Positions 55,053-64,000 of a stretch of 64,000 bases of DNA are shown piece by piece (position 1 is the stretch's first letter; each line of letters starts with the position of its first letter). Both the position numbers and the translations under genes were made by a program. Source of the DNA: Octopus vulgaris (Eukaryota). The notes beneath the pieces are model-generated. The model saw nothing but the letters and a program-made list of their open reading frames with translations. It was not told the origin of the DNA and ran no database searches. Location of the stretch: the NCBI GenBank assembly GCA_951406725.2, contig OX597835.1, forward strand, positions 20,398,001-20,462,000, in the 5' to 3' direction.

Positions 55053-58050
55053 ACTATCCTAAATATAAATCACGTTCAAATTTTGACAGCTGATCTGGCA
55101 GCGTGTTATTCAATGTAGTCATCAAAACATATCATGATATATAGTCCGCCATCATCAGATAAATTATTAAACATCGACCTGTACGTAGACAAAAATTGCT
55201 AGGTTAAAATTGTACCTGTTTGATGTCTTACATATTTAAAATTCCACCAGATGATGGCGAATTATATTATGATGTAATCTTTTATGACAAATTTGAAACA
55301 TCTGTTGTAACGTTTAAACATATGTATTCCCAACTCTAGCCAACTGAGGCTATGGATATTAACCAACTATCTTATGCTTGGTTTCCTGCCGGTTGGTTAT
55401 GCCTAAAGAATCCGTTTTGCGATTCGTTTTTGTAAGGCTGAAGCGCATGATACATATAAAAGATAATCAAAACCACAATGCTGGGCTTCATCTTGTTCAA
55501 CTCGCAACTCAGAATAATGGTGGTTACAAATCTAAAAGAATTCTTAAAACTAAACACTAAACACATTTCATACGATCACATGTACAACGAACTTTGCTAT
55601 TGGAGCAACTCAAACGTGTACAATATTTACCTAAAACAAGTCTTCTGACCTATAACGAAGAATTTATCTAGAGGACACTGTCTGCAGCCATTATTAGAAA
55701 AAAACTGCAAGTTTTATTTTCAAATTGCCTGAAAACAAATTTACATTTCAACAGTAATGGAAGATGTACCAGAAAAATAAGGATAAATTTGGTCAACAAG
55801 CAGCATGTTCGAAACTAGATGCACGCGAACACAAAATTTCTATTGCAAAACCTTTGACTTTACAGGAGAATACTTACTGTCCCTAATTGGACAGAAACAT
55901 TTAATGAAAGCATTAAAATAAATCATTTCGGAATCATGTAACTGGTGTGTCAGAAGAGAATGAAACAATCGCTCAAAAAGTAAATGTGCTTAAAAGTAAA
56001 CACTTAAATATTGGCAAAAAGATAAATATGAAATGGTTCAAGTGAAGGAAAATATCACAATGTTAGCAGAAACGGAGCGTGAAAATGTATGTCTAAAACA
56101 TTTAACTACAGAAAATCGTGGCCGTTTGGAGACAAATATGACAAACATATAATGTAATGTAGAAAAACAGAATACGATATAGAGATGAGATATTTGACAA
56201 GCTTCAAATTTTTAGTTAGGGGCCTACTGCTGTGATATGGATGCTGCGTAATCCCGATTCGATTTTGATAAAACAAACGCGGAATCAATGACAAGTCATC
56301 TACGAACACTTCGTATAAGTTATATCCAGAATTTTCTTTCTTTAACACTGAATTGTGTAATTTAAGTTGGTTCTGGTTTCTTTCTTTCAGCATATCATAA
56401 ATAACATGCTGAGTTTGCCCTTCCTCATTTACTCGAGTTTCAAAGCGGAATATTTTTGGAAACCAGTGATTTGTAATTTCGTTATCCATTACAATAAATC
56501 TTTTCAATGACCCTCCGCCAACAATACTAAAACAACCAGCACTATCACAACCAACCAACCAACCAACCACCATCACCACAAATACTACCCCCCACCATAC
56601 CCCCAACAACACTAACAACACTAAAACAACAACATCAATAACAACAACAGCGACACCCCCAGCACCCTAGAATAAATATATTATCTATTGATGAAATGTT
56701 AAGTCATGTTTGGTGTCAATCCAGTTCTCGTATAAGGATACTGAAGCTCTGATCTTTCTAATTTATGCATGAGGTAACAATCACTTACAAATACTTTTAT
56801 AAACCGTAATGTCGCGGTGACCGGGCGTTAAGTGTGCATCCAGCCTAGCGAGAAAGAAGAACCCTTAAACTCCCCCTCACACGGTGCACATGATGATGTA
56901 TTCGTTTGAATAATGTTCGTCTGTTTAGCAATTTAATATGAAAGAAATAAATGAACTCTAAATGAGAAATGCGAAGCCTTGTAAGTTGCGCAAATGATGG
57001 GAATGGCGCGGAAATGGCAACGATATGTTATTGTTGTTGCAGTTGTTGTATTTGTTACTGCTGCTGCTGCTGCTTTTGGTGTTGTTGTTGTTGTTGATAG
57101 CGGTGGTGATGGTGGTGGGAGATTACTGATAGTTTCATCATCATTTATAGGTTTAGTTGATTTATTACACTCAATCCATAATTAATTCCACTGTTTCTAC
57201 TTCCATCCACCCATTAAGACGCTGAATACCTCCCATTCAAAAGTTGATAAAGAAACACAAGATAAAAAGGAAAAACAAAAGCGTTTATGTTTTTACGATT
57301 TTAAATAATATATTTCTCTTTATTTTATTTCATTTTATTTTATTTGTATGTTGTTTCCTTGTTTCCTTGTTTGTTTGTTTGTTTGTGTAGTTTTATCCTA
57401 ACGCGTTTTAAGGATAAATTTATCAAAGAATCGTTGAAGTGAATTTATGAACTCTGATATAAAGAAACAGATGAAGAAAACAACAACAACAACAACAGCA
57501 GCAACAAGAACAGTATAAACGGTGACAACAATAATAGAAGCAATAACAACAATGATAATGACAAGGATGTTCGATGCAAGAACGACAGTAAATATAATAG
57601 CGGCAGCAACAGTAACAAGAACAATGAAAAGAAAAATATGAAGCACCAAGGACAATAATGAATACGCCAAAAAACAAGAAGAAAAAAAAAACTATGATTA
57701 CAGCGGGAAAAAGGACGGCCACGACGATGACGATCTGCACAAGAGCCATGCAACCGCTCCAACAGCGAAAGCAACGACAGCAAAAACAAAAGTGATGATG
57801 TAAAAAAAAAATGATGTTGATGACGACAACAATGATAATGAAAAATAACTAAAACAGAAATTAAATCTAAAAAGAGAGCAACGCTTGGCTATGATCATGA
57901 GATTAAAATCTAAAGTGCCGTTGCGAAGGCAGAATTACTTACATACATTCATATTCAGCAACCACGAGGAAAGAAAATAGCAGGAGAATTAGAGATTTTG
58001 AAAGAGTGTTGCAGGGAAGGTGTCAGAGGGTGTGTGTCAGAGTATATGTA

Positions 58051-58095
<45 letters not shown>

Positions 58096-58404
58096 CTGTG
58101 TTTGGGTGCGCGTGTCAGTGTGTGTTGCTACTGTTTCCTTCTTGATTTAGTTTTTGTTTTTGTTTTTGATTTTTTTTTCTTCGTGTCTTTCATTTAAAAC
58201 GTCGAGTGAAGGTAAAGAATTCAATTTATGAGCGCGTCACACAGCAAAAAACACGCATGCACACAAACAAACAAACACACACACACAGACACACATATAT
58301 ACACATGCACAGGCACACTCATACGTACACGCATACAGGTATAAACATAGAGACACTGAAACATAATATGAATGAATTGTGAACCTTTAAAATGTGTTTT
58401 GGAA

Positions 58405-58460
<56 letters not shown>

Positions 58461-58827
58461 CTGTGCGTACAAATTATAAGTATATAAATCTGTGGCACTT
58501 TTGTTAAAGGTTTAGCTTACATTCATCATTTCTAAAGGAAAGGAGTTTTGCATACAATACAATACACAAAGGGAGATGTTGATGTATATCGGATCAGAAT
58601 TCTTAATCCATCTCAGAAATGTTTGGAAGTTATTTGGTCACAAACCCTGTCAACAGAAATGATTCCACAAACAAAGTTCATATATATATATATATGTATG
58701 TATATACACATATATATATATATATATGTATGTATATATATATATGTATCTATGTGTATATATATATGTATGTATGTATATACATATATATATGTATGTA
58801 TATATATATATATATATGTATATACAC

Positions 58828-58859
<32 letters not shown>

Positions 58860-58869
58860 GTATACATTC

Positions 58870-59076
58870 TTCTTTCAGTCATTTGAGTGTGGCCATTCAG
58901 GAGCAGCGCATTTAGCCGAGCAACTCGACCACAGAGTTTATTCTTCGTAAGCCTAGTACTTATTCTATCGGACTCTTTTGCCAAACCGCTAGTTTACGGA
59001 GACGTAAACACACTAGCGTCGGTTGGGGGAACACACACAGATAGACAAACATATACACACCTACACACACACACAC

Positions 59077-59174
<98 letters not shown>

Positions 59175-59308
59175 GACGGGCTTTTTCCAGTTTCCACTCA
59201 CAAGGCTTTGGTCGGCCCGATGCTTTATTAGAAGACACTTGCGCAAGGTGCCATGCAGTGGGACTGAATGCAGGATCATGTTGTTGGTAAGCAAGCTACT
59301 TACCGCAC
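58870..59308 (-). mobile_element. SINE family B with expanded central (TA)n
   Basis: Both halves present around the microsatellite. Confidence 0.8.
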
Positions 59309-59316
59309 ATACACTC

Positions 59317-59392
<76 letters not shown>

Positions 59393-59897
59393 ACATACAT
59401 CATCATCATGCATGAAGCAACTCCGCCTCATCTTTGCCGTCACCCACTTCATCTTCACGCGAGCCATCTTCTCCATTGCACCACCGTCGTCAGCATACTC
59501 ATTATCTAACATCAACATTATCAGTGCCACCCCCATCATCATCATCATCATCATCCGCATCATCATCACATAAATAGATATATAGATAGGTAGATGAATA
59601 TCTGTGTGGTTGTGTTTGAGTGTGTAAGCGTATGTAAATTTATATATACATATATACATATATGCATACACAAACATATATGTATATGTTTATATATGTT
59701 TGCGTGCGTGTGTGTGTGAATGTGTGTATATATATATTTATATATATATATATACACGTGTGCATGTATATATATTAATGTGTATGTATATCTATACATA
59801 CATGTATATACACACTCATGCGCACACGCATATACACACACACCAACACATATTTATAAGATACAATCGCATATACCTGTCTATCATTTTCTCAACT

Positions 59898-59945
<48 letters not shown>

Positions 59946-60555
59946 ATATGTATATTTTTATGTATACGTGTAGGTATGTGAGTGTATATATATATATATA
60001 CACACTCATCCATATATACATGTATAAGGGAGTAAAAGAAACGGAGAGAAACCAAAAAAAAAAAATTGGAATACATCAGAGATTTATTCTTAAATGTAAA
60101 ATTTATTTTTATTTTGATAGAATTTTAGTTTTACCATTATCTTAATTTTTTCTGACATTTAAGGATATTTAGAATCTTCCTACTGAAGAATTTCCAAGAT
60201 ATAGCGATATATCTCAGTGTATTTTCGAAAATGGCGCATATTAGATGGAATTACATCCCACATACGCACAAACACAGACGTAGGCAAACTACATATATAG
60301 AATTACACACACATATATATACACACATACACACTCAAAGAGAGAATATAGTCCTTGAACATTCGTTGTTATCTATTGCAGATATAAATTATGTTCTTTT
60401 AGATCCATGCCAACCACAAATCAAACGGCGGGCATAAACACTTCAAATTTTATTTCTCTTCAAATGTACAAAACCTGCCTCAACTATATGCAGTATGTGT
60501 GCGGTGGGTGAGTGTATGTGTCCGTGTTCGTGTGCGTGTTTGTGTGTGTGTGTGT

Positions 60556-60722
60556 GCGCCTGTGGTATGGGTTTGTGCGTGACAGAGTATGATTGTGCGT
60601 TTTGTGTGTGTTTGTGTGGTGGGACAGCACGACTGAATATGACTGTTCATTTTGTGCGTTCTTTTAGTGCCTATGTGCGTGCTTTTTGTGTGTGTGTGTG
60701 TGTGTCTGTGCGTGTGTGTATT

Positions 60723-60754
<32 letters not shown>

Positions 60755-60887
60755 CCTGTGGTATGGGTTTGTGCGTGACTGAGTATGATTGTGCGTTTTG
60801 TGTGTGTTTGTGTGGTGGGAGTGCACGACTGAATATGACTGTTCATTTTGTGCGTCCTTTTAGTGCGTATCTGCGTGCTTTTTTTTT
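60556..60887. repeat. Tandem duplication with ~196-bp period, bounded by (TG)n
   Basis: 60556-60687 is repeated at 60752-60885. Confidence 0.9.
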
Positions 60888-61419
60888 GTGTGTGTGTGTC
60901 TGTGTGTCTGTGTGTGTGTGTAAACTCCTACCGGTAACTCCTTATCAACCTCTTCTCTTCGCACCTCCTGCTCCTCACCATCATCCGCATCATCTTCGCC
61001 ATTATCATCGTCATCAGCACGAGCATCACAATCGCGCGGCATCTCCGCGTCACGTTTCCCGCCACCGGCGTCTACCACTTGCCAGTCAGCTCCTGCATCG
61101 CATCAGAACCCTTACCATCACCATTGCCTGCGTCATAACCATTGTCACCATCCTCATGATCATCGTCGAAACCACCAACCACTTAACTATCCTCCTCCTC
61201 ATCACCACCACCACCACCATCATCATCTTCATCACCATTATCGTCATGACAATCATTGTCTCCGTTATCATGACAATCGTACTGTCGTCATCGTCATCAT
61301 CATCATGATCACCATCATCATCCCTACCAGTATCGTCATCGCCATCATCATCATTATCATCATGACCATCTCCATTACCATCATAATCAGACAAAGCATC
61401 ATCATCACCATCAGCTATA

Positions 61420-61454
<35 letters not shown>

Positions 61455-61775
61455 CATCATCATCGTATCACCATCATTAGCATTAGTGCTCGTTTTCGTC
61501 GTCAGCATTACCGTCGTTGTCATCATGAACACCATCGTTGGCATAGCCATCCCTCACAGTTCCCATAATCATGGAGATTATCAACATCATCTTACGGCTA
61601 GTGGTGGTGGTCGTCGTCGTTGTCGTCGTTTTTTGTTATCATCAGCAACATCATCGTAAGCATCCTAATGGCGATGAGAAATTCGTAAGAATTGTAGAAA
61701 CATAAAATTTTGGAAACTGAGTGTACAATTTAAAAATCATTGTACACACATGCACAAACGCTTAATACTTACAAA

Positions 61776-61853
<78 letters not shown>

Positions 61854-61887
61854 TATATATGTATATATGTATATATATATATGTATA

Positions 61888-61946
<59 letters not shown>

Positions 61947-62587
61947 ATATATACATATATATATATACAAATACACATAAATATAAATATGTACGCATGT
62001 ATGAGTATCTGCATACACACAAACACAGACTAACATATATTTAAAAGTTTTTTTTATATCGAGGTATAAGCATAAACAATTTAAAATTGATCTGAAGGAT
62101 TTCACAATAATGTTCTAGCGCGTACACATCATACTTCCATAAGTTCGATGAAGACAAGCAATGTGAGTGCGTGTGTGTATGTGAGTGTGATTTGCGTGTG
62201 TGGGATTGTGTGGGTGCGGGTGTCTTGTATTTTTTTTTAGTTTTTATTCATTTACATTCTTTCTCTGAAGAAGGTGCTGGTTTCTAACAAAGATAGAAAT
62301 CCGCATCTTTGGAATGTAGATAACGAAAAACAATGGTACATTTTAAACCTCAGAAAAGTTGTGCGTAGTTTTACGGTTCCGTTCGCAGTTTATATTTGTA
62401 ATGTGCGAACCAGTTAGTTGATTTTTTTTACTTTTATTTTATTTATTTAATTCTTTTTTTGAAAATCCCAGCGTATCAAGATTGACAGTCAGGCATTTTC
62501 TTACAAATCCAAGTGCTCCAATTAATACTGGTATCATATTGAATTAGTAATCCGGATAGACAAGCTGATAGTTTCTAAGCAATTTTC

Positions 62588-62651
<64 letters not shown>

Positions 62652-62654
62652 ACA

Positions 62655-62692
<38 letters not shown>

Positions 62693-62695
<3 letters not shown>

Positions 62696-62812
62696 AAGAG
62701 CGTAGGCTCGAAACGTAAAAGACTTGTTTTATTTATATTCCTGAGCGCCATACTAATACAATTGTTTGTTTGTATTCCTTCGTCTTTTGTTTATTTTCAT
62801 AAAGCTTCCCGT
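62693..62812 (+). mobile_element. Family E module truncated inside the hammerhead core, (TA)n on both sides
   Basis: (TA)n ttga a gagc gtag gctc gaa acgt a aaagac ... (TA)n. Confidence 0.75.
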
Positions 62813-62826
62813 TATATATATATATC

Positions 62827-62861
<35 letters not shown>

Positions 62862-63487
62862 CTCTTCTACGTTTTAATTATTATAAATCTTCCAATGAGG
62901 AGGGAGCCAGTTTCCAACAAAGATACAAGGCTCCATCTTTGAGATGTAGTTAACACAGAAAAAATAACGTTTGGAACTTGAGAAAAGTCTTGAATATTTT
63001 TACTGTTCCACCCAAAGATTGCGCTTGTAATGTACGAATTAAAGTGTCGATTTCTCTTTCTGAAAATTCCAGTTTATCCAGATTCTCCTATAAGCATTCG
63101 AATTTTATTCTCTCCAAATTCACCATGAGCGCTAACTGATTTCCTCAAGTACCATCGGGAATTTCATACGATTATGCACCCCCCGCAAAAAAAGGAAATA
63201 GGGGGTACGTGTGATTTAAGGCCTATTTGGCTGTTACTTTAACTACATCTCTGAATCAGGGTCCAAGCAGCAGATGGTCGCCGCATGGCGCAGAACACAG
63301 CGTAGAAGATATTTGTAAACAAGTGCTATCTCGCAGACAAAATAGTTCTCATATTTGGCTTGTTTCTATGGAAACGGGTATGACTGCGTCTGTCTTACGA
63401 CTGGAAAAATTACTGAATAGGAAATCAATTATAGCAGGGATCGAAAACATTGAAAATTGGCAGCCCAATGGAACAGATCCTCATATA

Positions 63488-64000
63488 CGAGATCTGATCG
63501 ATAAGTATATGGAGGGTTGCCATAGTAACGATGCTAAAGCACGCAAAGTAAAGCCGCTTGGCGCAGAGTGACCGTGTATACGGTTGTGTATGCTCACTGA
63601 GTTTTAGCATTCTAGCTAATTTCTGCTGTTTATAGCAGCTCTTTGAAGGAAGAAGTGTAGCATGTGATCGTCGCATTAACCATGACAGAAAACGTTCTCA
63701 TGGCGATCCCTACTCAGAGGCCTACGCAATGTTGTACAAAGGGTATGGAGAGAAGTGTATGAGCCGCATACAAGTGTGCATGTGGGCCGCACATTTCCAC
63801 TATAACCGGAAAAATGTCGATATTGACGAACGTTCTGCGAGACCCGCAACCACCAGAACTGAGAAAAACATCTCAGATGTGCATGAAGCTCCGAGAGGAA
63901 TTCATCGATTAAACATCTGTAAGATATCAGAGGATGTGTAGATTAGTTACGGTTCAGTTGAATCCATTATCACTGAATATTTGGTTATGAGACGCGTGTC
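63488..64000 (+). mobile_element. Mariner transposon fossil, 5' TIR and transposase N-terminus (runs off the window)
   Basis: TA|cgagatctgatcgataagtat TIR-like start; GYGEKCMSRIQV..W...DIDERSARPATTRTEKNI...ISYGSVESIITEYLVMRRV matches the mariner HTH region. Confidence 0.9.

Noticed and set aside
60178-60250. CTGAAGA...GAAA hammerhead-like string
   Set aside because: The base of stem II is unpaired and U16.1 is missing.

Overview
AT-rich, microsatellite-saturated animal genomic DNA. The repeat repertoire and a very GC-shifted 28S rRNA fragment suggest a coleoid cephalopod, probably Octopus (inference). I can identify no intact host protein-coding gene, and nearly all listed ORFs are microsatellite artefacts. 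The window is a mosaic of three SINE families, LINE fossils (L1/Tx1, RTE, several R4/Dong), Tigger/pogo and mariner fossils, MITEs and non-autonomous Helitrons. A 28S rRNA fragment sits inside one R4/Dong fossil. The most striking signal is a set of short, mostly unrelated modules that usually abut (TA)n tracts. Each carries a minimal type I hammerhead ribozyme fold with a palindromic stem III, like those of Penelope-like elements. Their catalytic cores covary at the tertiary pair 3-8 (C-G, U-A, U.G and a flipped G-C), and one family carries a fixed A6U change. All alignments and folds were made by eye, and coordinates of decayed elements are approximate.
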